Assembly: GCA_027345565.1 (NCBI GenBank) | Contig: DAHWIF010000014.1 | Coordinates: forward strand, 1 to 29,725 | Origin: Candidatus Micrarchaeota archaeon | GTDB lineage: Archaea > Micrarchaeota > Micrarchaeia > Micrarchaeales > Micrarchaeaceae | Reading direction: 5' to 3' | DNA length: 29,725 nucleotides | In this document: in pieces, positions 15,543 to 26,489 of the stretch | How positions within the stretch are numbered: position 1 is the first letter of the stretch | How the letters are laid out: every line of letters starts with the position of its first letter | Notes under the pieces: model-generated | Told to the model about the DNA's origin: nothing | Database searches by the model: none | What the model saw: only the letters and a program-made list of their open reading frames with translations | Made by a program: the position numbers and the translations under genes

Positions 15543-18500
15543 ACGAGTACTTCGCAATGCTTAGCAGGGCAGCAGACGCCGCATACTCAGTCGCAGGCAA
15601 GGCCCGTGCAAAGGGGTACGATCCAGAGATGAGCGTGGAAATAAAACCCGCGCCGGATCTGGCCTCAAGGGTCGAGGGGATAATAGGTTTCGAAGGCATA
15701 GCCACAATGATACGTGAGAAGCAGCACAGCGCAAAGGACAGGCAGTATCTTGCATTCAAGATGGTGGAAGAGATATGCACCAATGAAAAGTTTGCCATGG
15801 ACACAAAACAGAGGATAACGCTGGCCCTGCGCGTAGGGCTCTCAATACTCACGGAAGGGATACTCGTGGCACCGACAGAGGGCATGCCTGGCATAGAGTT
15901 CCATAGGAATCCCGATGGCACCGATTATCTTGCCATCTTATACGCGGGCCCTATACGTTCGGCAGGCGGGACAAGCGTTGCGCTTTCCGTGGTGCTGGGG
16001 GACTATGCGAGAAGGTTCTTCGGCATAGGTCAGTACAAGGCTCAGAAGGTTGAGGTGGAGCGGTGCATCGAGGAGATAATGCTCTATCATACCAGAGCAG
16101 CACGGCTGCAGTACCTCCCGAGCGAGCAGGACATCAGGGTGATACTCGAGAACTGCCCGGTCTGCATAGACGGGCTGCCAACCGAGGAGCTAGAGGTCAG
16201 CGTGCACAGGAACATAAAGAGAATCGACTTGGACGGCAATGCAACTCTCATGACCAATAGGGTACGTGGCGGCGTAGCTCTCGTCACGTGCGAAGGGATA
16301 GCTCAGAAGGCAAAGAACGTGATGAAGTACTCCAAGGCCGTCGGGCTGGACTGGGGCTGGCTGAGCGCTACAATACGCGTCGGTAAGTCAACGCAGAACC
16401 CGAATGAGGGGCACCACGACCCGGCATTCCTTACAGAGCTTGTCGGAGGCAGGCCGGTGATAGCGTATCCTGACCACAGCGGCGCTTTCAGGTTGAGGTA
16501 TGGCAGGTCAAGGCTTACGGGCATGGCAGCAAAGGGGTTCAGCCCGGCTACGATGATAATACTTGATGAGTTCATAGCGGTAGGTACGCAGGTAAAGATA
16601 GAGAAGCCGGGCAAGGGCAGCGTAGCGATGCCCGTCGATACGATAGAAGGGCCATTTGTCAAGCTGAAGAGCGGCGAAGCGATGCGCATAAATACGGCAG
16701 AGCAAGCGCGCATGGTGAAGAACGATATAGCGAAGATAATCAGCGTAGGGGACATGCTGATAACCCTTGGTGACTTCAAGAAAACAAGCACACAGCTCTC
16801 CCAGTCGAGCTATGTGGAGGAGTTCTGGAGCGCGCAGCTCAGGGAGAGCGGCTACAACGACGCGCTGCCCGAGTCTCCGAGCTTCGAGCAGGCGTACCTG
16901 CTCTCAATGCAATACAAGGTACCAATGCACCCAATGTACTTGTATGAGTACCAGGACTTGAATGTATCGGAGCTATCAAGCCTGGCTAAATCGGTGTCCG
17001 AATCCGAAATAAAGCATAACGGCAGCAGCATATTCGATGTCGAGGAGCTGGTCATACCAGAAAAACTAGCAAATGCGGCCAGACAATATATAGAGAGCCT
17101 ATGCATACCTCACATAGACAGCGGCAGCATAAAGATACTCGGAGGGAATGCCCAGAGCCTGATTGCAACGTTAGGCTTTGTCAAAGGAGAAAAGCTAGAC
17201 CTGAAGCAGGTAAAGTATACTGGCGATGATCCAATAACGGCGCTCAATGCAGTAGCGCCGTTCAGGGTAATGCAGCGCTCGTTCAGGGTAGGCGCCAGGA
17301 TCGGAAGGCCCGAGAAAGCCAGGGAGAGGCTGATGAAGCCTGCGCCGAACGTATTGTTCCCTATAGGAGAAGCAGGAGGTAAGGAGCGCAACATATCAAA
17401 AGCGTACATGGGCGAGAGGAAGCAGATGGGCAGCCAAGGAGTGGAGGTTGAATTGGCAAGCTATAGGTGCCCGGCTGGCGGGGAGCAACTCAGCTCCGCA
17501 TTCTGCACGGTCCACAACGTAAGGGCCTACATAGAGCGGAGGTGCACAAGCTGCGGCAAGAGAAGCAGCGATTCAAGGTGCGCGAGCTGCGGTGGCCATA
17601 CGACAGGAAGCAGCGTGCGCACCATGAGCATAGCGAGGGCGATGGATAGCGCAATTGCGAAGCTCGGTATGGGAGGTCAGATCAAGACGGTCAAAGGGGT
17701 AAAAGGCCTTACAAGCGGCGACAAGGTCCCCGAGCCGCTAGAGAAAGGGATACTGCGCAGCGTCCATGGCATATACACCTTCAAGGATGGTACGAGCAGG
17801 TTCGACGCCACAGATGCCCCAATGACGCACTTCTATCCCAAAGAGGTGTCGACCAGCCTAGAGATGCTTGCAAAGCTGGGCTATACGCATGATTACATGG
17901 GGAATAAGCTGGAAAACGACGGGCAGCTTGTTGAGATGAGGCACCAGGACCTTGTGATCAACAGGAAGTGCGCAGAGCATCTGCTGAGGGTGGCGAAGTT
18001 CGTGGATGACCTTCTTGTGAGGTATTATGGGATCGATCCGTTTTACAACGCCGCTAATGTAGATGACATGATCGGCCAGTATGTCGTAACGCTCTCGCCG
18101 CACACGTCAGCCGGGGTCCTCGGCAGGGTAATAGGGTTTACCGATGCGAACGTAGGATTCGCGCACCCTTTCACGCTAGCGGCGAGGAGGAGGAACTGCG
18201 ACGGAGACGAGGACACCACAATGCTGCTTCTTGATGCGCTCATAAATTTCTCAAGGAGATACCTGCCGAGCATGATAGGCGGGACGATGGACGCACCCCT
18301 CATACTGACCGTCAACGTGCATCCAGAGGAGGTGGATGATGAGGCATGGCAGATGGAGACAGTGCCGAGCTATGGGATATCTTTCTACAATAAGACGACC
18401 GAGCGGGCATCCCCTTCGGACGTAAAGGTGGAGAGCATCGCAGACAGGCTGAACACAAAGTCAGTATTCGACGGTTTCCTTTTCACGCATGAGAGCACAA

Positions 18501-18961
18501 CGCATGCGATAGACGATGCGCCGAAGAAGAGCATATACACCAAGCTCAAGACTATGGACGAAAAGGTCGAGCTGCAATTCAAGCTGATGGACAAGCTCTA
18601 CAGCATAGACAGGCGCGACACGGCGAGAAGGCTGATATCCAGCCACTTCATCCGCGATCTTATGGGCAACCTCCACTCCTATTCGGAGCAGGGATTCAGG
18701 TGCGTCTCATGCAACGCGAAGTACAGGCGGATTCCACTAGTTGGCAAATGCACGAGATGCGGCGGCAGGATAATATTGACAATATCAAAAGGTGGCATAG
18801 AGAAGTACCTGAGCATGGCAATAAACCTCGCAGACAGGTACGACCTCGAACCCTACATGAAGCAGAGGCTCAACCTCATAAAGGAGGAGATAGAAACAGT
18901 CTTCGGGACAGCTGCGTCAGAGCGCGGGTCAAAGCAGTTCAACCTCTCAAGGTTCATGTGA
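15533..18961 (+). CDS. polC: DNA polymerase D large subunit DP2
   Basis: ILTEG..APTEG, AGPIRSAGGT, FRLRYGRSR, GRPEKA, FKDGT.RFD, catalytic RRNCDGDED, Zn fingers and a C-terminal PIP-like QFNLSRFM. No intein evident. Confidence 0.98.
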   Translation: MEIDEYFAMLSRAADAAYSVAGKARAKGYDPEMSVEIKPAPDLASRVEGIIGFEGIATMIREKQHSAKDRQYLAFKMVEEICTNEKFAMDTKQRITLALRVGLSILTEGILVAPTEGMPGIEFHRNPDGTDYLAILYAGPIRSAGGTSVALSVVLGDYARRFFGIGQYKAQKVEVERCIEEIMLYHTRAARLQYLPSEQDIRVILENCPVCIDGLPTEELEVSVHRNIKRIDLDGNATLMTNRVRGGVALVTCEGIAQKAKNVMKYSKAVGLDWGWLSATIRVGKSTQNPNEGHHDPAFLTELVGGRPVIAYPDHSGAFRLRYGRSRLTGMAAKGFSPATMIILDEFIAVGTQVKIEKPGKGSVAMPVDTIEGPFVKLKSGEAMRINTAEQARMVKNDIAKIISVGDMLITLGDFKKTSTQLSQSSYVEEFWSAQLRESGYNDALPESPSFEQAYLLSMQYKVPMHPMYLYEYQDLNVSELSSLAKSVSESEIKHNGSSIFDVEELVIPEKLANAARQYIESLCIPHIDSGSIKILGGNAQSLIATLGFVKGEKLDLKQVKYTGDDPITALNAVAPFRVMQRSFRVGARIGRPEKARERLMKPAPNVLFPIGEAGGKERNISKAYMGERKQMGSQGVEVELASYRCPAGGEQLSSAFCTVHNVRAYIERRCTSCGKRSSDSRCASCGGHTTGSSVRTMSIARAMDSAIAKLGMGGQIKTVKGVKGLTSGDKVPEPLEKGILRSVHGIYTFKDGTSRFDATDAPMTHFYPKEVSTSLEMLAKLGYTHDYMGNKLENDGQLVEMRHQDLVINRKCAEHLLRVAKFVDDLLVRYYGIDPFYNAANVDDMIGQYVVTLSPHTSAGVLGRVIGFTDANVGFAHPFTLAARRRNCDGDEDTTMLLLDALINFSRRYLPSMIGGTMDAPLILTVNVHPEEVDDEAWQMETVPSYGISFYNKTTERASPSDVKVESIADRLNTKSVFDGFLFTHESTTHAIDDAPKKSIYTKLKTMDEKVELQFKLMDKLYSIDRRDTARRLISSHFIRDLMGNLHSYSEQGFRCVSCNAKYRRIPLVGKCTRCGGRIILTISKGGIEKYLSMAINLADRYDLEPYMKQRLNLIKEEIETVFGTAASERGSKQFNLSRFM

Positions 18962-18963
18962 GT

Positions 18964-20004
18964 CTAGAATAAACGGTGCTGTTTTAACGATATCCTTTTC
19001 TCCCAGAGCTTTTCAGAAAACTTTTCAATCCTCTCATGTGAGAAGTCGTGCTCATCGCACATGAACTTTACGAGCTTCGTTCTGTCAGGCAATCCCCCAA
19101 TCTCCTTATCGAGGCTTTTTTGATCTATCTCAGATACTTCAGGGTTTGTGAAGAGGTCTTCAACCTCCTTGACATCAAGCTCGAACTCCTGATTATATTT
19201 CTCCTTCACGCATCTTTCCACATCTGAAAGGGATTTTGCCGATTTCGCTATTTTAACCGCTGTTATGGGGCCGACTCCTTTTATTCCATCATTGAAGTCC
19301 GTGCCCAGGAGTATGCCCACCCATATCAGTTGCCTCTGGCTCAGCCCGAGGCTCTTCAGCGTTGTCTGCAGTTCCACCATCTCTGGCTCTATGTTTATGT
19401 AGACGTTCTTCCGCGGCAGCTTCCTCCGCCCGCTCAATGTCATGTTTCTCACGATCCGCGGAGCCGCGAACAGCAGGGTATCATAATCCTGGCTCGCTAC
19501 AGAATACGCAAGCCCCTTCTTGCACATATCACAAGCCTGCGCCTCCCCCTCGCTTGGCGCGTTTATGTGGGCTACGCCCATGTAGCCGAGCAGCTCCTTG
19601 GCGCTCTCTATTATGTACTTGTTTATCCGCGTGCTCTGCTGCGCGTACCTCTTCGCCTCCTCGAGCTCTCCAGCCTCCTTCGCCTGCTGCCATGCCTGGT
19701 AGGCTTCTTCTCGCCTGTTCATCCTTGCCTCTACAGTCTTCTGCTTGAGCATCGATGGGATGCCGTCAAATACATAGACCGGCTTTATCCCATTGTCTAT
19801 CAGGTCTATCGTCCGGTAGAAAAGGCCTGAGAGATGGCTTGTTACATTTCCCTTGAAATCCTTGAGCGGGGTTCCATCCGGCCCCCTTATTATCGAGAGG
19901 AACTGGTAGAGCACGTTGAACGCGTCTATAGCAACTACGCGGCCGTTCAGCTCGCTCAGTGTTATCTTCCTCCTGACCACCAGCTTGCCGAGGTCTACCG
20001 ACAT
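18964..20004 (-). CDS. fen: Flap endonuclease 1
   Basis: AIDAFNVLYQFLSIIR, VFDG, APSEGEAQA, SQDYDTLLF and GTDFNDGIKGVGP. Start at ATG 20004. Confidence 0.97.
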   Translation of the reverse strand: MSVDLGKLVVRRKITLSELNGRVVAIDAFNVLYQFLSIIRGPDGTPLKDFKGNVTSHLSGLFYRTIDLIDNGIKPVYVFDGIPSMLKQKTVEARMNRREEAYQAWQQAKEAGELEEAKRYAQQSTRINKYIIESAKELLGYMGVAHINAPSEGEAQACDMCKKGLAYSVASQDYDTLLFAAPRIVRNMTLSGRRKLPRKNVYINIEPEMVELQTTLKSLGLSQRQLIWVGILLGTDFNDGIKGVGPITAVKIAKSAKSLSDVERCVKEKYNQEFELDVKEVEDLFTNPEVSEIDQKSLDKEIGGLPDRTKLVKFMCDEHDFSHERIEKFSEKLWEKRISLKQHRLF

Positions 20005-20052
20005 TGCACCTATAAAATATCCCATTCAGGGTTAAAAACGTTCTTACGTGCA

Positions 20053-20913
20053 TCAGGCAAGGGCCACCACCACTGCGCCCGCAATCGCCACAATCAAGCC
20101 CATAGCCTGCACCTTTGTGAGCCTGTCCTTGTATACGAAGTATGCGAGCACTGCCACTATGCACGGTGCCAGTACCCATATTATACCACCAATATACAGG
20201 AATCGCAGCACAATGAGATACCCGTTAAGCAAATTACCAAGGCCGTCCAATATGCCTCCTATCACGCCTATGGCTAGTATGCCCCACAGCCGTGTATTGT
20301 GTGCGCCTATCCTCTTTGATTTCGGATAAAAGAACCAGAGCAGGAAAAGCGCCACTGCAAACCCCACCGACCTCGCCACAGTTATCGGGCCTGCGAGCTG
20401 CCCGGAATAGGTCACCGAAAGCGAGAGCAGGACCCACCAACCGCCCCACATCAGGTTTGCTACGAACGCCGGGAAGAGCCCCCAGTTGAACCTGTTACGC
20501 TTGTTGGTGGAGACGAAAAATGAACCGGCAAAGATTGCAACGCCACCGGCTATTGCCAACGGTGTTATGGTCTCTGAGAGAACGAGCACGCTAAATATTA
20601 TTATTATGACAGGCTGGATCAGCCCAGTGGCATATGCGTTGGTCAGGCGCTCTGTCTCCAAGGATTTGTAATAGAGGATGCCGGCAACCCCGAACAGGAT
20701 GCCGGCCCCTATTGCCAATGAGATAGGCACCACGCCTGCAATTGAGCCGCCAGAATACAGAAAATAAATGATGGTGGGTATGATCCCGCCGCCTACTATT
20801 ACCGCCTGGGTTATGAACCTGCCGATCTTTACTGCGGCTTTCTTCTCTATCATCGCCGCTACCGACCACACCACTACAGCTGAAAAGGCAAAGCCGAAGG
20901 CCTGGAGGACCAT
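20053..20913 (-). CDS. DMT/EamA family transporter
   Basis: About 10 TM helices in two repeats (LSETIT...GG; KDRLTKVQAMG). Confidence 0.88.
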   Translation of the reverse strand: MVLQAFGFAFSAVVVWSVAAMIEKKAAVKIGRFITQAVIVGGGIIPTIIYFLYSGGSIAGVVPISLAIGAGILFGVAGILYYKSLETERLTNAYATGLIQPVIIIIFSVLVLSETITPLAIAGGVAIFAGSFFVSTNKRNRFNWGLFPAFVANLMWGGWWVLLSLSVTYSGQLAGPITVARSVGFAVALFLLWFFYPKSKRIGAHNTRLWGILAIGVIGGILDGLGNLLNGYLIVLRFLYIGGIIWVLAPCIVAVLAYFVYKDRLTKVQAMGLIVAIAGAVVVALA

Positions 20914-20929
20914 TATCTACACCAGGTCA

Positions 20930-21376
20930 CTACACGTTGAAGAAGTCTCCAAGCGTAACTCCCCCAGGCTTCTTGCCTACATGCACATTCTGGTCGCCGC
21001 CCTTTTGCTGCGTTATCTTTATGCTGAGAGCCTTCTCTATCTTCTTCGTGAGCTCTATCGATGGCATGGTTTTCTCCTCCTCGACCCTTAGCAGGTGCGC
21101 CTCCTTCTCGTTTATCATCTCTGCCAGGACCTTAAGCGGCAGCTGCATCCGGTCCCGTGCCGCATGCATGATCTTACCATATCCTTCTACGAGCTCGACC
21201 TCTTCTTCACTGGTCTTTATCGTCTTTCTAGAAGGCGCGCTGCCCCTTCCTTCTACCTCCCTGTAAAGCACCTTCTTGCCCTTCGCGCACGAGGCACACA
21301 CCCTGAGGTCTGCGCCCTCTATCGAAACTATGTAGGCATCTTTCATCTGCCGCCCGCACAGCTCGCATTCCTCCAT
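20930..21376 (-). CDS. Archaeal multiprotein bridging factor 1 (aMBF1)
   Basis: CELCG...VCASC zinc ribbon, LVEGYG, HTH, and a C-terminal TLGD. Confidence 0.93.
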   Translation of the reverse strand: MEECELCGRQMKDAYIVSIEGADLRVCASCAKGKKVLYREVEGRGSAPSRKTIKTSEEEVELVEGYGKIMHAARDRMQLPLKVLAEMINEKEAHLLRVEEEKTMPSIELTKKIEKALSIKITQQKGGDQNVHVGKKPGGVTLGDFFNV

Positions 21377-21472
21377 CCCACCACGTGAGAATAGTACATT
21401 CTATATTAAAAACATTTACCTGGGCTTCGTCTAAACAAATATATAGCTTTAAGCAAACAGTACTACGACTCT

Positions 21473-23008
21473 ATGGTCGAGAGCAGGAAATCAAAAACTG
21501 CAGCTGCTAACGCAGCCGTCATTGCTATATTCGTAATAGCCTTCGCCCTTCTTGGCCTAGACTACTACGCCAGCTTTCTGGGCCTCGTCAACCAGGTCAT
21601 AGCGGCAATTGCGATACTTTTCGTATCAGGCACTCTTGTGCAGAGGCTGAAGTCCCTGAAAGGAAGCTACGGGCTGTACATGTTCGGCGGCAGCGGCGGC
21701 CTGAAGACCGTTGACAGCATATCAAAGAGGAATAAAAGTTTCTGGAAGCAGATGCCGATCTGGGGTATAGTCATCGGCTTCGGGCTGCTCTCATATCCGC
21801 TGCTGAAAGGGAAGGTGGATAAGAGACTATTCGCATTCAGCATAGTAACCCTGCTCCTCTTCCTCTATTTCATCGTGCCTTGCACCGCCGTGCCCCTGCA
21901 GTTCGTAAGCATACCCCAGCTGCAGACATACGCTGCCTCTGCAGCCGCAGAATGCGTACCGTCGTTCTCCGGCCTCACGCTCTACGGCTATTTCGTATAT
22001 GGCGTCACACTGATATCCGGATTTTCTGGTTTTATAATAGCCTCGCTGCTCTACAATGCGGCAAACGTGCTATCCAATACGATCTCATATGCGCTATCTG
22101 TATACGTTGGTGCGCCGCAGAATGCCCTGCTCACCAGCCAGATACCCGGCGTAGCTCCAGTTATACCAGGCATAGACATCCCTCTTATAGCCGGGATAAT
22201 AGCACTGGTCATAATACTCACAATACATGAGCTTTCCCACGGCGTTCTGGCCAGGATGGCTAAAGTAAAGCTCAAGCAGATAGGCGTGCTGCTTTTCGGT
22301 GTTATACCTATCGGTGCATTCGTCGAGCCTGACGAGAAGGCGATAGAGAAGCTCGACAAGCGGAAGCAGAATGCGATATCCGCAGCTGGCATCTCGGCAA
22401 ACTTCATAGCGGCGATAGTCTTCTTCGTGCTCATGTTCCTCATGCTTCTGTACGTCGTGCCTGGTATATACCAGAACAATGGCATATTCGTACAGAGCGT
22501 GCTGCCGAATACTCCGGCAAACGGGATACTCGCGCCCGGGATGCAGGTGCTGTACTGGAATGGCCAGAAACTGAATAACATAACGGATCTCGTCGCAGCT
22601 GGATCCAGCGACAAGCCTGGCTCATTGGTCAAAGTTGCTGTGCTGTCCCAGAGTTGCTATTCCCTATCTGGTCCTTCCTGCACGCTCCGTAACTATACCT
22701 TTACCGCGATAGCAATCAACGGCTCATCAAAGGGGTATATAGGCGTATCGCTTTATCAGAAAGAGGCGATTGCTAGCACAGCGTCAGCGCATGCGCTGTA
22801 TTTCATCTATACCGTTTTTGCCCTCTCATTCCTGCTCAATTTCCTTGTTGGGATAGTGAACCTCCTGCCCATACCTGGGTTTGACGGCTGGCGCATCTAC
22901 AAGACAAACATAAAGAGCGAGTTCTTCATAAGGTTTGTCACCGGCCTTATACTGATAGGGCTGGCGCTTAACGCGCTGCCATGGCTCTACATAGCCCTGC
23001 TGCACTGA
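21473..23008 (+). CDS. Site-2 protease (M50) with PDZ domain
   Basis: HELSH, GAFVEPDE, AAGISAN and NLLPIPGFDG. Confidence 0.95.
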   Translation: MVESRKSKTAAANAAVIAIFVIAFALLGLDYYASFLGLVNQVIAAIAILFVSGTLVQRLKSLKGSYGLYMFGGSGGLKTVDSISKRNKSFWKQMPIWGIVIGFGLLSYPLLKGKVDKRLFAFSIVTLLLFLYFIVPCTAVPLQFVSIPQLQTYAASAAAECVPSFSGLTLYGYFVYGVTLISGFSGFIIASLLYNAANVLSNTISYALSVYVGAPQNALLTSQIPGVAPVIPGIDIPLIAGIIALVIILTIHELSHGVLARMAKVKLKQIGVLLFGVIPIGAFVEPDEKAIEKLDKRKQNAISAAGISANFIAAIVFFVLMFLMLLYVVPGIYQNNGIFVQSVLPNTPANGILAPGMQVLYWNGQKLNNITDLVAAGSSDKPGSLVKVAVLSQSCYSLSGPSCTLRNYTFTAIAINGSSKGYIGVSLYQKEAIASTASAHALYFIYTVFALSFLLNFLVGIVNLLPIPGFDGWRIYKTNIKSEFFIRFVTGLILIGLALNALPWLYIALLH

Positions 23009-23010
23009 TA

Positions 23011-23757
23011 TCAGCCCAAGGCCCGCTTGAGTTCTGATATGGTGCCGAAGTCAAGTGTGGAGCCGTAACCGATGGCTATGGCGTGCATCTTTCCCAGGTC
23101 GAGCTTCTCGAATATCGGCGCAAGGAGCTCATTCTGAGGCACGATGTTGATGTCAGTGCCAGAAGCGAAGTAGTTTATCGCAGGCAGCACTAGGATCTCC
23201 CTCCCCTCGAACCTGCCGTAAAGGAAGCAGCGCAGCTTCTCCTTCTTGCCTACCTCGTTGAATATGGATATGGCTGGGTGCTCATGCCCCATGATGAGCA
23301 TCTTCGTTCCATCATTCATCCCGACCGGCAGCTCCTCGCCGTGGAAGAAGAGGTATCCCCCAATCTCAGCCTCCTGTCTGTGTATCTGCAGCTTGAACGG
23401 TTCCTTGTACCGCTCGACAAAGTTGTCATGGTTGCCCTTTATGAGCACCAGCGATACCCTCTTCTCATTCACGAAGTTTATGAACTCATATAGCTCGTTG
23501 AATTCCTCCTCGTCGACCGTGGAGAATTCGTTCTTTATATCCCCATCGACGATCAAGGTCTTCGCCCCTGTCGCCTTGATTGACTTCTCGAGTATGGCAC
23601 ATATGTGCTTCAGGTTTACTTTTGGTATCAACACGCCCTTTTTTGCCATCACGCCCTCATAACCGAGATGCGGGTCAGCTATCACAAGCGAGTTTATGCT
23701 CTTTATGAATATGACCGGTAGGCCATCCAGCAGTTCCACATCATCATTGAGCCGCAT
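23011..23757 (-). CDS. Metallophosphoesterase, Lhr-associated
   Basis: ADPHLG, DGDIK, KGNHD, FHG and GHEHP; overlaps the Lhr stop. Confidence 0.93.
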   Translation of the reverse strand: MRLNDDVELLDGLPVIFIKSINSLVIADPHLGYEGVMAKKGVLIPKVNLKHICAILEKSIKATGAKTLIVDGDIKNEFSTVDEEEFNELYEFINFVNEKRVSLVLIKGNHDNFVERYKEPFKLQIHRQEAEIGGYLFFHGEELPVGMNDGTKMLIMGHEHPAISIFNEVGKKEKLRCFLYGRFEGREILVLPAINYFASGTDINIVPQNELLAPIFEKLDLGKMHAIAIGYGSTLDFGTISELKRALG

Positions 23758-26434
23758 TCCATCCCTTTATGCGCTTCATGACGAGCTTGTGCAGCTCCTG
23801 CAGGTGTTTCCTCCTCTCTTTCATCATTGCCACATCCGCATGCCCGAAGGTGAGCATGCCGTGCGCAAACGGCGAAGGCGACGTGGTCACTATGACACTA
23901 TAGGCGATTTTCCCAGATTTCAGGTCCTTCAATACCTGTTCCGCCCTTGGCAGGTCCATCACGTCGTTGAATATCTCCCTGAAGACCTCGCGTATCACCG
24001 GGAAGTCGGGGTCTATCTTCTCGGCAGCGCTTAGTATCAGCTGGGAGTTGACCTGCTGCCTCCCGACTGTTATCTTGTATCCCTTATAGTTCTTCAGTAT
24101 CATGAAGCTCCTCGCAGCTACGTGCCTGAACCTCCTTCTCATCAGCTCCGTTTTCCTTATATTCTTCTTGAGCATCCTGCCTACGTTCGCGCTCACTATG
24201 TCAGATACCAGGTCGTCCACGCTGCCGCTCTCTATGTCGATCTCCTCCCCTACGGAAAGCACGAAGCCGTTGTCATTGACCATTATGCTGACGTCAATGT
24301 CCAGCATCTCGCCAAGCGCCATCGCGAACGCACGTGATAGCGCATCGTTAACCCTCCTCCCGAAAAGCGCATGGAATATCAGGTGCCGCTTGCCCGAGTC
24401 CGGATCGGATGTCGACTCTATCAGGATGTGCCTGTTGGTCGGCACCTCCTTCGCGAAGAGCAGCTGCTCGGCGAAATAGCCGAACATCGCCTGTTTTGCG
24501 TTCTCGTCTATTGGCATCCTATCAAGGAGCTCACGCGCCTTGTCAGGTATTCCAGCCTTCCTGCGCAGCGGCCTCATCATTTTCTTCTTTATGCTCTCGG
24601 CAACGGCTTTGCCGAACTCCTCCCTGAACTTGCCGATCTCCATAGCGAGCTCATAACTGAGCGGCAACTGCTCCGAGAACCAAGGCGGTATTGTTGGAGC
24701 GCTGTCCTTCGCTTCGGTGACGAAGGCTTTCATACCCCTTGAATGCTCGAACCTGTATAGGCGCCCGCCAAGAGTGAACACGTCGCCAGGCTTCAACCTT
24801 GTCATGAACTCCTCCTCTATGCTGCCTATCCACTTGTTCTGCGCAGTGAATACGTTCACTGCAACCTCATCCGGTATGGTGCCCTGGTTGAGCATGTATA
24901 TGACCTTGGTGAACCTTCCGCGCTTCCCGAACGCGTTTTCTTTCTCGTCGTACCATATCTTCGCGTACACCCTTCGGCTCTCCAGCCCCACATACGCCCC
25001 CGCAAGGTAATTGAGCAGGTACCTGAAATCCGCAATATCGAGATCATGGTACGGGTACGCACGTCTCACAGTGCCGAACGCCTCGTCAACGTCCCACCTC
25101 CTTGTCAATGACATGCCTACTATGTGCTGAGCCAGCACGTCCAGCGCATTCTGCGGCACAGAGAAGGAGTCCAGGTGCCTTTTCAGCGCTGCATCAAGCA
25201 TGACGCTGCACTCGACCAGGTCGTCCCTGTTCAATATTATGGTCTCGCCCTTCGCTGTCGCCTTGAAGCTGTGCCCTGCGCGGCCGAACCTCTGTATCGC
25301 CCTGGTTACGCTCTTCGGCGAGCCGAGCTGGATGACGTTCTCTATAGCCCCTATGTCTATCCCGAGCTCAAGGCTCGTGGATGACACGGCGCACTTGAGC
25401 GAGCCCTTCTTCAGCAGCTCCTCCACCTCCAGCCTCGACTCCCTGGAGAGCGAGCCGTGATGCGCCGCTATATCCTCGCCATATTTGAAACGTTTTTTGA
25501 GGTTGTAGACGACTCTCTCAGTGCCGCTCCTAGTATTGGTGAATATGAGCGTGCTCTTACTCTCCTTTATTATCCTGTTTATCTCCCCATACGTTGCGTC
25601 CTCTATGCTCCCCTCAGCGGCGTAGATGAGGTCGCTTACCGGGCTGATGACCCTTATGTCAAGCGGCTTGCTCCAAGACGCGTCTATTATCAGGCAGTCC
25701 CTGGGTTTGCCGTTATCGTAGCCTACCAAGAACCTCGCAGCCTCATCAAGCGGGTAGAGGGTGGCGCCGAGCCCTATCCTCGTGAAGCTGCTTTCCGACA
25801 GATCGCCGAGCCGCTCAAGCGACAGCGCAAGGTGCACACCACGCTTGTTATTGGCTAGCTCGTGGAGCTCGTCTATTATCACGTACTCCAGGCCCTTGAA
25901 GTTCAAGGCGAACTTCTCAGAGTTTAAGAGTATTGCTAGGCTTTCTGGAGTTGTGACGAGTATGTGCGGCGGCCTGAGAAGCTGCCCCCTGCGCTCCTTT
26001 TGCGATGTGTCGCCGGTCCTCACCGCGATCGTTACCTTCCTTATGTTGTCCTTTATTATGTCGATGCCTTTCGCCTTGACTATCCTCTGGTAGATCTGCT
26101 CGAGCGGCGCTGTCAGGTTCCTGTATATGTCATTGTTCAGCGCCCTGAGCGGAGATATGTAGATGCAGTATATCCGGTCTTCAAGCTCCCCACTCATCGA
26201 AAGATCGAAGAGCCTGCTTATTATGGAGAGGAAGCCAGACATCGTCTTCCCGCTGCCTGTCGGTGCTGTTATAAGTATATTCTTTCGCTCGCTTATGAGC
26301 TTGAAGGCATATTTCTGCGGAGGGGTAAGCTCCTTGAAGCTGTCAAGGAACCACTTCCTTACGTGCTCGTTCAGCACGGAAAGGCTCTGCTCGTCCGGGA
26401 AGGGTTGCTGAAGCTGCTCTATCATGAAGGTCAC
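23744..26434 (-). CDS. lhr: Lhr-family SF2 ATP-dependent helicase
   Basis: APTGSGKT, SPLRALNND, TTPESL, IDELH, HHGSLS, LELGIDIG, QRFGRAGH and GTIPDE. Start is GTG 26434 or ATG 26425. Confidence 0.96.
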   Translation of the reverse strand: MTFMIEQLQQPFPDEQSLSVLNEHVRKWFLDSFKELTPPQKYAFKLISERKNILITAPTGSGKTMSGFLSIISRLFDLSMSGELEDRIYCIYISPLRALNNDIYRNLTAPLEQIYQRIVKAKGIDIIKDNIRKVTIAVRTGDTSQKERRGQLLRPPHILVTTPESLAILLNSEKFALNFKGLEYVIIDELHELANNKRGVHLALSLERLGDLSESSFTRIGLGATLYPLDEAARFLVGYDNGKPRDCLIIDASWSKPLDIRVISPVSDLIYAAEGSIEDATYGEINRIIKESKSTLIFTNTRSGTERVVYNLKKRFKYGEDIAAHHGSLSRESRLEVEELLKKGSLKCAVSSTSLELGIDIGAIENVIQLGSPKSVTRAIQRFGRAGHSFKATAKGETIILNRDDLVECSVMLDAALKRHLDSFSVPQNALDVLAQHIVGMSLTRRWDVDEAFGTVRRAYPYHDLDIADFRYLLNYLAGAYVGLESRRVYAKIWYDEKENAFGKRGRFTKVIYMLNQGTIPDEVAVNVFTAQNKWIGSIEEEFMTRLKPGDVFTLGGRLYRFEHSRGMKAFVTEAKDSAPTIPPWFSEQLPLSYELAMEIGKFREEFGKAVAESIKKKMMRPLRRKAGIPDKARELLDRMPIDENAKQAMFGYFAEQLLFAKEVPTNRHILIESTSDPDSGKRHLIFHALFGRRVNDALSRAFAMALGEMLDIDVSIMVNDNGFVLSVGEEIDIESGSVDDLVSDIVSANVGRMLKKNIRKTELMRRRFRHVAARSFMILKNYKGYKITVGRQQVNSQLILSAAEKIDPDFPVIREVFREIFNDVMDLPRAEQVLKDLKSGKIAYSVIVTTSPSPFAHGMLTFGHADVAMMKERRKHLQELHKLVMKRIKGWNAAQ

Positions 26435-26489
26435 TAGGCAAAGAGTATATTACCCAGAAGAGGCTTAAATGCCCTATGCAAAAATCGGA

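Noticed and set aside
15533-18961. Intein in DP2
   Set aside because: The RRNCDGDED region is continuous and the length (1142 aa) is normal.
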